A stretch of 56,897 nt of DNA, counting the filler, from Circinaria calcarea (Eukaryota), in NCBI GenBank assembly GCA_051942165.1. It is 3 parts of 3 records of this genome, joined end to end, with 100 filler letters (N's around TTAATTAATTAA, not from the genome) between each part and the next. Parts side by side here need not be neighbours in the genome. Positions count along the whole stretch, not along the records: positions 19,105 to 37,956 come from JAVECS010000222.1; 2 more parts are not named here. One strand, written 5' to 3'. Below are positions 22,101-36,030 of this stretch, piece by piece. The position numbers and the translations under genes were made by a program. Within the stretch, counting starts at the first letter, position 1; every line of letters begins with the position of its first letter. The notes below the pieces were generated by a model that did no database searches, was not told the origin of the DNA, and saw nothing but the letters and a program-made list of their open reading frames with translations.

Positions 22101-24888
22101 CCGCCATTCAGGTCGGCGAAAACAGGTTCAAGCTGGCATAGGTTGACGATGCTTGGAGCCATTAAGCCGAGTAAATTGAAGGCCATTTCCTGTTGTGAGA
22201 ATGTTCTAACACCATATCGTTCTACTCCCTCGGCCACGACGTTGTTACCACTCATGAGTCCAGTGCCTCGAGTCCAGCCAATGACAGCTCCACAAATGGT
22301 TAGGAAGTTACCCCAGCTCTCGGCGTGCCATCGATTGAAGAGAGTCTCCAGTGCCAGCTTCGATTCGGAATAAAGGCCGTCGTTGCCAAAGGTACCATGG
22401 TTAGGCGAAAGAGGTAGTATTACTTGAGCAGGCCGAGTCTCAAACCCTCTCTCGTGCTTTTGCGTCTTGACACATCCAAGCAGCCTCAGCAAGTTGGTTA
22501 GCATGATTCGATGAGCTAGTTCAGACTTGGAGTCTATGTTGTCAATCTCGCGACCATTTTCAGGGATAGCAGCGAAGGGGATAATGAAATCAAGATCCCA
22601 GCCAAGACCCTTCTTAGTGTCGAAGATGTAGTCGATCAGCGCCTCAACATCCTGTTTGCTGCCTTGATTGAAAGGTACAACCACAAGCTGAGAGCCGCTT
22701 GCTCCATATCGGGCGTACATAGATTGGTAGTACTCAGTTACCTCTCTCGAGAACCTACTTGTGGTGACAATCACTTTGGCCCCTCCGCTGATCAGGCCTT
22801 GCAAAACATCTGCCCCGATCGAGCCTGCACCAGCTCCAGTCATCAGTGCGTTTTTGCCTTGGAACGTAACCCCGTCCTTAGCAGCCTGTTCTAGACCCTC
22901 CAGATACAAACCAGTGAGTTTCTTGCTGTACTCCCAGCCGTACTCATCTTTCCTCTTGAGATGCAAGAAAGGTATCGTTTCAACCTTGCCTGGTTTCGTG
23001 TGTCCATTCATGTGCAATTTCGAGCCGTTTTTAAGACCCTTCTTGGCATGTCCGTTCATCGCCTTCCCATTCTCAACAGGCATGATTTGGCCTTCATTCA
23101 TGGCCAGTGATCGGATAACGTTCTCGTAGAGAGATTTGATCTGTAGCTGTGAAGACTTCGACAGCTTGTGCTGTTGTTTGATGAGCTTGTAGATCCGGCT
23201 CAGATCGTTTTGCACTTTGGTACGGTTTCCATATTCCGATATCTTTCCACCGTCTGCCATTTCTCGCACATAGTGCTCAAGTTTCCTAGCACTTGCCCGC
23301 GGGACTTCAGCATACTCGAGGTTGCCTCGAACGTCAACTGTCGTTTGTGGACCGGTCGGTATTGCAACGTCCTTGAACACAGGAGCCTGACCGATTACAT
23401 CCTTACAATTGGCAATCAACATCTCTCCAAGTTGTTTGGCTAGTTGATACGTCTCTCCTCGCTCTGTAGGGCAGTTATCAATGTGATATTGCATAAAATC
23501 GAGAAGGGTCGGATTTGATCGATTCATGATGCGTATGCATCGACTGACGATCTCTCGATCTACTGCCGTCAATCGACCAAATATGATGTCGTAGTACATT
23601 GAAAGAGCATCCTGGCGTGCCCAGTTCCAGGAAGAATCATAGACACGAGCCTTGAGTTGACTGAACGCCGGTTCAATGCCATTGGCATAGAATTCCCCAT
23701 GTTCGGTGTTCCATAGGTCAAGCTGTGCTTGCAATACCTTCTGGGAATCTTGTGAACCTACAAAGGCCTTGTCGCCAGCACGGAGGTCCATCTTCAAGTA
23801 CCGTGCGAAAAGTTCTAATTGCTGCTTGAAAAGAGCTCGTTGATCCTTGGTGAGTGCGTCAATGGCAGCAGGATCCATCATCATGCCGCCGCCAGAACTT
23901 CCGGTTTCTCCACCAGCAACCGGTGCTGCAAGACTGATGCCAGCGGTTGCTGCATACTTATTCGTAACATCGTCTAAGAATGCTTTGGCATCACTCTCTG
24001 ATGCCAAGCGAGCCGCTGGTTCCATAGTCAGAGCCAACAGTAACACCCCGTCTTGCCTTCCAGATGCTAGGCCCCAACGTGTTTCGAGGTATTTCCTCAC
24101 CGCAGTAATGTTAAACCCTCCGGGCATTTTCGAGGAGACTAATCTTGCTACGAGTGAGGAAGATTGCTTTCCGAGTTGTCCGTTAAAGGTTGCCTGCATT
24201 GAAGCACCCAGCTCATCCAATGGCGTATCTTCCGGCTTTTCTGGCGTAGAGCCGAATTCCTTACCAAGGTCACCGAGGATCTCATTTTGCAGGGTTGATT
24301 TGCCTAATGCGAGGGATACATCAGTTAGGATTCTCGTAAGAATCAAGTGTATCACTAACCTCCGACTAAATCCTTGATAGCTTTGCTAAGAGGAACTTCT
24401 GCAAGCGGCTTCTTCAGCTTCTGTGCAATCAACGCTCGAACGATATCTACCGCTGCTACAGGGGCGTCAGCTACGGCCGCCGCCGGCCCTGCACTTGGTG
24501 AACTTGGTGCCGCGGCCACTGGAACAGCGTTTTGGGTGGATTGAGAAGGAGTAGGTACAGGGGCGCTGCTGCTGCTATTAGCAAGAGGAGTAGCCTCCTC
24601 TTCGACGGGGTCAACGTCGTAGTAAATTTCCTTTCCATCTTTGCTATAACACAAGATTTGTCGTTGCACCGAGAGTGCAGCATCATATGCTTCGTATTTG
24701 GATGCCAGGGTTCGCTTGGCCATGCCCCCCAGCGTATCTGCAGGACCAATCTCGACTATGCGTTCGGTGTTCCTCTCGGCCAGGATGACATCTTGGGTCT
24801 CTATCCATCGTACCGGAGATGCGAATTGGTATGCCAGTAGTTCCACCAGCAGGGTATGTGCCAGTTCCTGCTCCGCTTCGGGACGCAT
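19172..24888 (-). CDS. FAS2: Fungal type I fatty acid synthase alpha subunit (ACP, KR, KS, PPT); 3 exons
   Basis: Starts [46 protein letters not shown] spans intron 24359-24304. [21 protein letters not shown] and [17 protein letters not shown]...WSAKEAVFK. Last exon after intron 19336-19283 ends [21 protein letters not shown]. Confidence 0.98.
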
Positions 24889-26054
24889 CTTGAGAGCGCT
24901 GTGGTGTCCAAAGACCGACGGGAAGAATACTTCTCGAATTCACCAGAGGCTCAGAATGTGCTCAGATTCTCATTGCACCATTCGAGGCTGGCAGCAGTGG
25001 GCTCTGTCAGAGGATTACTACAATGTTTGAAGTGACGTTGAGGGCCGGGTGTAGAGTTTGAAGCTGACTGAACGGGGGGGGAGCTGCTGCAGAAAGGTAT
25101 GGATGGTCCTGTTCAGGCGTATTCAATCCAGCTGGTTGGAGGAACAGTGATCGGGATGCTACAAACAGCCAGAGAGGTGCTGTTATCAGTCCTCTCGGAG
25201 GTGGTTCTTAAAGATTCCGAGCATTTGTTGGGATCTTCAGCATTGGCCCTTCCAAATCCCCGACCCTCCACAAAAGCGAAGCTCAACCCAAAAGTTTCGC
25301 TCGTTGATGAGCTAGAGCCCAAAGCGGTAAGGCGCGGTGGTTTTCCCCAGATTTTCAATCCCAGCGCGCGTTTCGTAGGGCGTCAATTGGCGCCGATTGG
25401 GGTGAGGGTCGGGAATTGTTGGAGAGCGGCGGAGTCGGAGTCGTTGATGGTGGCGGTGTCTTTTCCAACACAGTGGCCTCTGTGGGGAAAACCAATACAA
25501 ACCATCGACTAGAATAGATCCAACATTCCTTCCTGTCTTATGTATTGAAGTGAAAAACAGAAGGACATGACCACTTCTCTGCTCCCCAAGACTTTCCTGT
25601 TCCTGTTCCTGAACACCTGCACAATGACGGACTCTCGGGATTAAAAAAAGTTTAGCGTCCTTTGAGCTCTCAACGTTCTTAGCTGTCGCTGCTATTACTC
25701 GGAGAAAAAGTTGAAATCTTCGAGTCTTGATAAGTAAGCCTCTGCAACTCAAGCTGTACATTCTTTCTTCGACCCACGCCTCCAATTGCTCCACCTACGG
25801 AGTTTCTTCCCTCCCTGTCACCTGCCGAGTCATGCTGAGCTCGTCCATCGGCCCCAGATAACGCATCTCACTCAATTGCAGCTCCGGTAGGAATCAAGCT
25901 GTGAGACCGTCCCTTCCCTCAACTTCCTCCACCTGTGCGGATCACCGTAGGGCCAATGTTCAAAGCTGTTTTAAGTGGCAGATTCCTCTAACACGTTTAT
26001 CATACAGGACGCCGAGCTATGTCACGCTCGCATCTCCAGGTACAAAACCTCAAC

Positions 26055-29000
26055 ATGCACGGCGCTAATGGCACTGGCCCCCAAACAGGCGTTTCAACGC
26101 CCCGTTCATCCTCTTCGCTCCGACCCCTCGTCCTCGCACACGGCTCTCTCGAGCATTCTCTCTTGATACCGACGACCTTGCATTTTCACGCCTCACAACT
26201 CAAAGATCGATTTACCGCATCCCTACCTACTCCGACAGATGAGCTCGCACAGGATGATGAGCCATCATCAATCCCAGAGCTCGTGGCACGGTATCTGGGC
26301 TTTGTGGCCCATGAGGTGGATAACGGCGAAGATGACCTCCAAGGGTCTTCCGAAGAAGTGCTCAAACTCGTACTAAACGAGTTTGAGCGAGCTTTCTTAC
26401 ACGGGAACGATGTTCATGCTTTGGCCGCCTCGCTGCCTGGTATCGAACGGAAGAAGTTGGCTGTCGTGCAGTCATACTATGCTGCCCGAGCTTCTGCCTC
26501 TCGACCTATCCGGCCCCATCAATCCGCGCTCTTCCGAGCAGCTGGTGATGATGAAGCGCTGGTCTATACTGTTTTTGGTGGGCAGGGCAATATCGAGGAG
26601 TACTTCGACGAGCTACGTGGAGTTTACACCACCTACCCTTCGTTTGTCGAAACTCTTTTGACGAAATCTGCCGAGCTTTTCCAGCATCTTGCGAGAGATC
26701 CGCGAGCAGAAAAAATGTATCCGAAAGGACTCGATATCATGCGGTGGCTACACAACAGGGACACTCAGCCTGACACAGACTACCTCGTTTCTGCTCCAGT
26801 CAGCCTACCGCTTATTGGACTAGTCCAACTTGCTCACTACACAGTGACCTGCAAGTGCCTGGGAGTTGCTCCTGGAGACGTCAGAGAACGATTGAGTGGT
26901 ACCACCGGTCATTCGCAGGGAATCGTGACTGCTGCAGCCATCGCTGCGGCAGATACATGGGAATCATTCGATAAGCTGGCAAGAGACGCACTGACGATGC
27001 TGTTCTGGATCGGAGCGCGGAGTCAGCAGGCTTACCCGAGAACATCGTTAGCACCATCAATCCTGCAAGACTCCGTTGAACACGGGGAGGGTACGCCCAC
27101 CCCCATGTTATCCATCCGTGATCTGTCGCAAAAGGCCATACAAGAGCACATCGATACCACAAATCACCACCTCCCGGAAGATCGCCACATCGCCATTTCT
27201 CTGATAAATAGTGCTCGGAACTTCGTGGTCACCGGCCCCCCAATTTCTCTATATGGTCTTAATCTCCGCCTACGGAAGGTGAAAGCGCCAACAGGGTTGG
27301 ATCAGACTCGAATTCCGTTTACCGAGCGTAAGATCCGCTTTGTTAACCGATTCTTACCCATCACTGCCCCTTTCCACAGTCCATACCTTATCGAGGCGTT
27401 CAAACACATCCAGGAAGACCTTAAGGATGTGAAGATACCTAGCAAGCGCCTTGGCATTCCAGTATACGATACCAATACAGGAAAAGACTTACGGGACGAA
27501 GGTAGTCAAGATATTGTACCAGCCCTAGTACGCATGATCACGCAAGACCCAGTCAACTGGGAGAAAGCGACTCTGTTCCCCGGTGCTACGCACATCATCG
27601 ATTTTGGTCCTGGCGGCATCTCCGGCCTTGGCGTCCTCACCCATCGCAACAAAGATGGTACTGGCGTTCGGGTGATTCTTGCGGGGGCAATGGACGGTAC
27701 CAACACAGAGATTGGCTACAAGCCTGAACTCTTTGACCGTGACGAGGAGCACGCGGTCAAGTATGCGGTCGATTGGGTCAAGGAGCATGGGCCAAAACTA
27801 ATCAAAACATCTGTCGGCCAGACGTTCGTAGATACAAAGATGAGCCGGCTTCTCGGAGTACCGCCCATCATGGTCGCTGGTATGACACCATGTACGGTGC
27901 CTTGGGATTTTGTTGCAGCAACCATGAACGCTGGATATCACATTGAACTTGCCGGAGGAGGATACTACAATGCTAAGACAATGACCGAAGCTTTGAACAA
28001 GATCGAAAAAGCGACTCCAGCCGGTCGTGGAATCACAGTTAACCTTATCTACGTCAACCCTCGAGCGATGCAGTGGCAAATACCACTAATTGCCCAGCTG
28101 CGATCAGAAGGCGTGCCAATCGAGGGTCTCACCATTGGAGCAGGTGTCCCATCAATTGAGGTGGCCAATGAATATATCGAAACATTGGGCATCAAGCACA
28201 TAGCATTCAAGCCTGGTTCGATGGAAGCCATTCAACAGGTGATCAACATTGCGAAAGCCAACCCAAGCTTTCCGGTTATACTTCAGTGGACAGGCGGTCG
28301 TGGGGGGGGCCATCATTCTTTTGAAGACTTCCATCAACCCATCCTTCAGATGTACGGTAGAATTCGAAGATGCGCTAACATTGTTCTCGTCGCCGGTAGC
28401 GGTTTTGGTGGTTCCCAAGACACTTACCCCTATTTAACTGGAACTTGGTCAGCAAAGTTCGGATACCCACCTATGCCCTTCGACGGATGTCTCTTTGGCA
28501 GTCGGATGATGACTGCTAAAGAGGCGAAGACTTCTACAAACGCAAAGAAGGCTATTGCGGCGGCTGAAGGTGTTGACGACAGTCAATGGGAAAAGACCTA
28601 CAAGGGCCCAGCGGGTGGCGTAATCACTGTCCGCTCGGAAATGGGAGAGCCGATCCACAAGCTGGCTACTCGAGGTGTCTTATTCTGGGCAGAAATGGAT
28701 CAGAAAATATTCAGTCTCGACAAGGCCAAGCGTGTACCAGAATTGAAGAAACAGCGAGATTATATCATCAAGAAATTGAACGATGATTTTCAAAAGGTCT
28801 GGTTCGGTCGTACTGCTGCGGGCGAGGTTGTTGACCTTGAGGATATGACTTATGCAGAAGTTGTTCGCCGCATGGTTGATCTAATGTATGTCAAACATGA
28901 GTCACGATGGATTGATCCGTCACTCGAACGCCTTACTGGGGACTTCATACGCCGTGTTGAAGAACGATTCACCCAGTCCTCTGGCAAGCCCTCATTACTA

Positions 29001-32000
29001 CAGAGTTATTCCGAGCTGGACGAGCCTTATCCTGTTGTCGATAAGCTGATCAAATCGTATCCACAATGCTCAGAGCAACTGATTAGCGCCCAAGATGTCC
29101 AGCACTTCCTACTACTGTGTCAAAGGCGAGGTCAGAAACCTGTACCTTTCGTGCCGTCTTTGGACGAGAATTTTGAGTTTTTCTTCAAGAAGGATTCCTT
29201 ATGGCAATCTGAAGATTTGGAGGCTGTGGTTGATCAAGATGTTGGAAGGACCTGTATCCTGCAGGGCCCGACCGCTGTGAAATATTCAAACACAATTGAT
29301 GAGCCAATCAAGGACATTCTTGATGGAATCCATGACGACCACATCAAGGGCCTTACTCAAGACGTCTATAATGGGGATGAGAGGAGTATCCCCGAAGTGG
29401 AGTACTTTGGTGGCCAACTGCTTCCAGATGCAGATAAAGATTTGGATATTGATGGCTTGACCATTGCCCAAGATAAAGAGAAGATTAGCTATCGCTTGTC
29501 TTCTGCTGTGAACGCATCGATTCCGGACTTAGAGGCTTGGCTTCACCTTCTGGCCGGGAAAGCGTACTCCTGGAGATACGCCCTTTTCACAGCAGAAGTC
29601 TTTGTTCAAGGCCATAGATTCCAAACAAATCCCATGAAGAGGCTCTTTGCACCTAACAAGGGGATGCTAGTCGAGATCGTGCACCCGAGGGACCAGGCGA
29701 GGACCGTTATAAGCCTGAAGGAACCTTCAAACTCTGGCGGCATGGTCAAGACCGTACAGGTGAAGATGTCTGGCAAGAACGAGATAGTGGTCGATCTATT
29801 CGAGGAGAGAACGGCGGAAGGCAAAGCTGTTTCCCTACCGCTCAGGTTCACTTACCACCCTGAAACTGGTTATGCACCGATCAAAGAGGTCATGGATGGA
29901 CGCAATGATAGAATCAAGGAATTTTATTATCGCATTTGGTTCGGAGACGAAGAAGTCCCATTTGATACTCCCGCTACTAGCGTCTTTGAAGGTGGACGAG
30001 CTACTGTTACGAGTCAAGCAATCGCAGACTTTGTTCACGCCGTCGGGAACACTGGTGAGGCCTTTGTTGAGCGTCCTGGGAAGGAGGTTTACGCGCCAAT
30101 GGATTTCGCTATTGTAGTTGGCTGGAAAGCTATTACCAAGCCGATTTTTCCCCGTGCTATCGACGGTGACTTACTCAAGCTGGTTCACTTGTCAAACGGT
30201 TTCCGTATGTTGCCTGGCGCAGAACCACTAAAGAAGGGCGATGTGCTCGACACGACAGCGCAAATCAATGCGGTCATTAATCAAGACTCAGGCAAGATGG
30301 TTGAGGTATGCGGTACTATCAAACGCAGCGGGAAAGCCATAATGGAGGTTACTAGCCAGTTTCTGTACCGAGGTGTGTACAACGACTTTGAAAATACCTT
30401 TCAACGAAGGGATGAAACGCCGATGGAGGTTCATCTTCGGTCGAGTAAAGATGTTGCCGTTCTCCGTTCAAAAGAGTGGTTCCGTATGGACGAGTCGGAT
30501 ATTGAGCTTCTCAACCAGACTTTGACATTCCGTTTGCAAAGTCTGGTTCGCTTTAAAAGCAAGACGGTGTTTAGCTCAGTGGAAACGATTGGTCAGGTCA
30601 TGCTTGAACTACCCACCAAGGAGTTGGTTCAGGTTGCCTCTGTTGAGTACGATGCCGGAATCTCTCATGGCAACCCTGTAGTTGATTACCTGCAACGCCA
30701 TGGTTCATCAATCGAACAGCCAGTCAACTTTGAAAACCCGATTCCGCTTAACGGAAAGACTTCCTTGGTTCTCAGAGCTCCAGCTTCGAATGAAACCTAC
30801 GCTCGTGTCTCTGGGGATTATAATCCTATACATGTGTCCCGAGTCTTTTCGAGTTATGCCAACCTTCCAGGGACCATCACTCATGGCATGTATTCCAGTG
30901 CCGCGGTACGAAGTTTGGTGGAAACTTGGGCAGCAGAGAACAACATAGGCCGGGTGCGTTCTTTCCATTGTTCCTTGGTAGGTATGGTCTTGCCCAACGA
31001 CGATATTGAAGTTAAGCTGCAACATACCGGTATGGTTTCGGGTCGCAAGATCATCAAGGTTGAGGCAAGTAACAAGGACACTGAAGAGAAGGTATTGCTT
31101 GGTGAAGCAGAAGTTGAACAGCCGGTCTCATCCTATGTCTTTACTGGTCAAGGGTCTCAGGAACAAGGAATGGGCATGGAGCTTTATGCTAGCAGCCCGG
31201 TGGCTAAAGAAGTATGGGATAAGGCTGATGCCCACTTTATGGAGAACTACGGTACGTATACTTTCTATCTTCGATATCTATTCTGCTAATCTGGCACAAA
31301 AGGCTTTTCAATTACAAACATCGTGAAGAATAATCCCAAGGAACTCACCATTCACTTTGGTGGACCCCGTGGAAAAGCGATCAGACAGAACTATATGTCA
31401 ATGACCTTTGAGACCGTCAACTCGGATGGTTCGATAAAGTCCGAGAAGATATTTAAAGAAGTTGATGACAATACAACCTCTTATACCTACCGGTCACCAA
31501 CGGGCCTACTCTCGGCTACACAGTTCACGCAGCCGGCATTGACTCTCATGGAGAAAGCAAGCTTCGAAGACATGCGCTCGAAAGGCCTCGTCCAGCGGGA
31601 TAGCAGCTTCGCTGGTCATTCCCTTGGTGAATACTCTGCCCTTGCCGCACTTGCCGAGGTGATGCCAATCGAGAGTTTGGTCTCCGTAGTCTTCTATCGT
31701 GGTCTGACCATGCAAGTCGCCGTGGAGCGAGATGAGACAGGACGCTCCAACTACTCGATGTGTGCAGTCAATCCAAGTAGGATATCGAAGACATTCAACG
31801 AGCAAGCTCTGCAGTACGTTGTCGAGAACATCGCGGAAGAGACAAAATGGCTGCTTGAGATTGTCAACTACAATGTCGCAAACATGCAATATGTTTGTGC
31901 TGGTGATGTAAGTTAGGCTGGCAAGCGTTTTTCCTATACAAAACTAATTGGTTACCAGCTACGCGCTCTCGACTGTTTGACCAATGTTACCAATTACCTC

Positions 32001-32441
32001 AAGGCCCAGAAAGTTGACATCCAGTCCCTTATGCAAACCATGTCTTTGGACGACGTCAAAGCCCATCTCGTCGAGATCATTCGCGAATGCGCCAAGCAAA
32101 CGGAAGCTAAGCCCAAGCCGCTTGAGCTGCAGCGCGGTTTTGCCACCATCCCTTTGAAGGGTATCGACGTGCCCTTCCACAGCACTTTCCTGCGCTCAGG
32201 CGTCAAACCTTTCCGTAGCTTCTTGCTCAAGAAGATCAACAAGACGACTATCGATCCCAGCAAGCTGATTGGCAAGTACATTCCCAATGTCACCGCCAAG
32301 CCCTTTGAAATCACCAAGGAGTACTTTGAGGAGGTGTACAAGTTGACCAACAGTCCGAGGATTGGGAACGTGTTGGCGAACTGGGACAAGTACGAGGAAG
32401 GGTCCAGCAAAGCGGAGACGCCGAAGGCGCAGATTGCGTAA
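26055..32441 (+). CDS. FAS1: Fungal type I fatty acid synthase beta subunit (AT, ER, DH, MPT); 3 exons
   Basis: Starts [18 protein letters not shown]. Motifs FGGQGN and TGHSQG (AT), [11 protein letters not shown] (ER), SGDYNPIH and ITHGMYSS (DH), FTGQGSQ and AGHSLGEY (MPT), GIDVPFHS. Introns 31252-31302 and 31908-31958. Confidence 0.98.
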
Positions 32442-33296
32442 TGAGTGCAGGTGTTTGAAAATTGTGCTTTCCTCATTGCGGTGGCGTTGGGAGAAGGAAT
32501 CATTGCTGATCGGTCCATTGAGGAACCAGGGGCCTTTTGGTGGTCTGGAGCTCCGTTGCTTGTAATTATCTTATCGGAGGTTGCGACCTTAGATGGCAGA
32601 GAGATAGACGGGGCCGTGCTCGCTTTCTTGTATTCTATCTCATCTATAACCGAGAACTTTTCTCGGAATAGATTCTTAATTATGTCCACAACTACAGACG
32701 TTGGTAGAAGCAGTGCAGTCGCCTGTCCCCTCCATCTCTTGATCGATTTGAGTTCGATGCAACCAATGTATGGCTTTGACGAGTACATGATATTGACCGG
32801 GGGGAGGCGAAGCCCACCCTGTATGTGCAACCACCACCAGATACCATCACATAGGGGCTTTCTCCATCGAGTAGCCGACCCAATCCCCTTCCGAGCTGCT
32901 CTTGTCCTGGTTTGACATGATAGACAAGGCATGTTTCCCGTCGGCAGCAACAATAACCACTATGGTATCTCTTCTCCTCAATTTCGCCAAACCAAGATTC
33001 CTTTTTCAAATCTACCATTTTCCGCTTCCACTTCCGCTTCTCTAAATACCAGAAGCCCCTTTCTGTAATGCCCACTCCTTCCCAGTCGCCCCCTCTAACA
33101 TTTGCTTCGCATCTTCCTTCGCTTTTTCCCCTCCGCATGGAATGTATAGCTGTTATGTGACAGATGGCTCACTCAGCTATCATGCTGTTTTGATTTACGT
33201 TGTGCCGAAGCTGAGGCGATGGGCACTGCGATTTCGGTTTGGGAGCGTATTGGAATATACTCATGTGCTTGAACCCGCACCCCGATGCCATTCCGC

Positions 33297-34091
33297 TCAC
33301 ATGCTTGTTTGGAGAACAGGCGGTAGCCCTTGGAGGCGCCGGCTCCGTCTCTTTCTTGCCGCTGTCGCCCTCCGACTCGATTCGATGACCTGCACTAATG
33401 GTATACGAGTGGTTGCATTGACCCCATGATTGTCTGCCATTGTGAACGAATCTGGAGCATTTATCGCCTTTGGCTGATCCTCATCCGTTGTTCTTCGCCC
33501 TAAACTATCCCCTTCAACTCTGGGCCGTTTGGATCCTGGACTGCGAGGGCGTGTTTCCTCTGGGTAGCGACCGTCATCGTTGGATGGCCTTTTTGTACGC
33601 TTCTGACCCAATCCTGGCCCGTTCTCTAATGAGTTACTGGAGCATACCTCCTGCTCGCACTTCAGACCCGGCTTCTTCTCAGCGAGAAACTTCCGACTAG
33701 CCTCTGCGATAATCTTCAGCGACGACGGAGGTTTGTAGGCGCTACGTAATGCAGTTGCAATCCAGGAGTAGTCGTATTGCCTTGGGGCTGATGAAAAAGA
33801 GCTGCGTATGTCGAGCGGCGGTGATTCTTCGACCTCTGTTGTGGGAGTGATGGTATTAGACCGCGCCGGAGTGTGACTGTTCGATAATGGCGGACTGCTG
33901 GAATCGGTCAAGGCACCAGTTGGTGTTGACCAGGCATTTTTCCACCGTTGGTCGTCGGTTTTCCACCTCATGATTGCCTCCTTACCAACACGAGCCTCCT
34001 CTTCCTGGACATCGCGAAGCCGATAGAGAAGCTCGGCAACGATGTATGTTTCTGTGTAGTAGAATGGTGGTTGATCAGCTGGTGAGTTCAT
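33297..34091 (-). CDS. Hypothetical, largely disordered basic protein with NLS-like patches and C-terminal RRSRRLQGLPP
   Basis: 264-aa ATG-initiated ORF, S/T/P-rich, with KRTKRP, KRPR and RKRRSRRLQG; no recognisable folded domain. Confidence 0.6.
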   Translation of the reverse strand: MNSPADQPPFYYTETYIVAELLYRLRDVQEEEARVGKEAIMRWKTDDQRWKNAWSTPTGALTDSSSPPLSNSHTPARSNTITPTTEVEESPPLDIRSSFSSAPRQYDYSWIATALRSAYKPPSSLKIIAEASRKFLAEKKPGLKCEQEVCSSNSLENGPGLGQKRTKRPSNDDGRYPEETRPRSPGSKRPRVEGDSLGRRTTDEDQPKAINAPDSFTMADNHGVNATTRIPLVQVIESSRRATAARKRRSRRLQGLPPVLQTSM

Positions 34092-34331
34092 CGTTTGGTG
34101 AACAGAAGATTAGGCCGCCGTGCAAAGAACTGCGTTGGGTGTTGTGTCGCGCTATAAGTCGGGCCGTTACGGACGGAGTACGCACAGGCACGACAGGTTA
34201 TCTACGAAAGTACGGAATATGTACACTCACTTTGGATGCGAACTATTACTTCAGGGTAAGACCGATTTGACCCCTGGAAAACATTTAGAATATTAACGAT
34301 GCTAGCTAAAATCATATGAGCTGACTGGCCA

Positions 34332-36030
34332 ATGGCCTCCCAGTCATCGTCGGTAGAAACGACTCTTCCTAACACACCGACTTCACTGCACAACCTGGAA
34401 GATCCACGAGATGATTTTGCGAGGTTAACTCCATCAAATGCCCTCGCTCGTCTAGCCTTTAGTGCAGTCGTGGATAAAGTGCTTCATGACGCCGATCTCT
34501 ATGATCACTGCAAGAGCTTCCTGGCATTCGAGCGATCAAGAGACGATGAAGGCTTCAGCGAAGCTAGCGATATAGACGATAAAGTTCTCAAGCCGATCCG
34601 ACCTCGACGTCTTTGGAAGGGTTTCTACCGGCTTAATCTTAATATATTGCCTCTGCATCCACCAGTAGGGTGGGTACTGGGATGTCCCAGTAGCAATCCT
34701 CGTGCCGAGGTGCCTGACCTGCTTCTCACAGCTAGAAAGGGTATGACTCCTACTTGCATGCTCTGTGCCGCGGTTAGCTGAACAATCTTGGAAGGCGAGC
34801 AGCGGATATCAGGCAAACATGCGCGAATTTCCTTTCGGCAAGAGAATGCCTGTCTAATGATCTACGCCGGAAACCGAACCGTTTCTGTTCATGGAGCTTT
34901 TGGGACAACCAAATTACAAAATACAGGGCGCGCGTTGACAGAAACAATCAGTATTGAGCTTGGGGATCTTCAATACGAATTTATATATATGAATATTGAC
35001 GAGTCTATCTTCAGCAATCAACTTGATCATTTTATGAAAGTGGAGCTTGGACAGGCCGATTTCGAGCTGTCTAAAAGCGTCAGCGTTATGGGGTCAAGCC
35101 TTGATGTGCAATTAAAAGGCTATGCCATCCGAAACGTGTTTGCCGAGGGTGGGAGCTGTGTGGTGGCCGGTGCGTATGTGAAAGAGACAGGAGACCTCGT
35201 GGCCGTCAAAAAAATAAGGAAGAATCATGCTTCGATTTCCAAAGAGGTTTTTATGCTTAAGAAAATGAAGGAATTACCTCGACATGTAGGTATTTATAAC
35301 CGAGCATTTTCAACTACTAATTAGATTATAGCCACGAATTTGCCGACTCGTCGAAGCGATATTTAGTGGTAATGAAATCAAAGAAACCTATATTATTTTC
35401 GAACCGCTTATGCTTGACGATCTACATAATCAGCTAGAACTCCCCAGTCTCAATAATCCAGCACGTCTCCTGATTTGTGGGCAGTGCCTCGAGGGCTTAG
35501 AATGGCTACACGCGAACGGAATTATGCACCGAGATATCAAGCCGCGGAACATTGGCCTTAAAACTATCAAGTTTCCCGAGGTCGCTATCTTCGATTTCGG
35601 CTGCGCAACATTCGACAAGACCTCCATAGATCATTTCAGCGGGACAATACCGTACCTTGCGCCTGAAATCCTTGACCTCAAATTTCGGAAAAGTTCGAGA
35701 GCTTACGGCAACGCCGTCGACATTTGGGCTATGGGTCTATCACTATACCAAACCACATGCCGGCAGCCGTGGGGCGGTCTCACGATAAGTAAGCAGCAAG
35801 GCAAAGGCGGCGGATACCAGCTTGACCCTCTAAAGGCGGTTTTTGATGGCTTGAAGGCAGTTGCTCTCACGTATCCTACGTTAGCATCCGTGATCCAGGA
35901 AATGCTCGCAGTACAGCCTGAGCAGCGCCTTACAGCGGCTGAAGCTTGCGCGGCATTGGCGAGTAAATGCGTAGCGGCACCAGAGATTTTTGTCGATTCT
36001 AAACGTCAGAAACTAGACTCGGAAAGTTAA
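34332..36030 (+). CDS. FHA-like domain + Ser/Thr protein kinase; 3 exons
   Basis: FHA-like motifs GWVLG, PDLLL, ISGKHARISF, IELGDLQYEF. Kinase motifs VAVKK, HP(R)I, IMHRDIKPRN, DFG, GTIPYLAPE, DIWAMG, PEQRLTA. Introns 34741-34794 and 35286-35331 keep frame. Confidence 0.9.

Noticed and set aside
25099..25794. ORFs in the FAS2/FAS1 intergenic region
   Set aside because: No protein motifs; the region is best explained as the bidirectional promoter and 5' UTRs.
19172..32441. FAS pair as a secondary-metabolism FAS (HexA/HexB type) in a cluster with the SDR and PaxU-like genes
   Set aside because: Both N-termini and the overall sequence look like the conserved primary fasA/fasB pair, no PKS is adjacent, and the SDR lies across an artificial join.
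31994..33138. ORFs 31994-32953 (-), 32445-32915 (+) and 32692-33138 (-)
   Set aside because: They are antisense to FAS1 or start at non-ATG codons in 3' and intergenic sequence, with no recognisable motifs.
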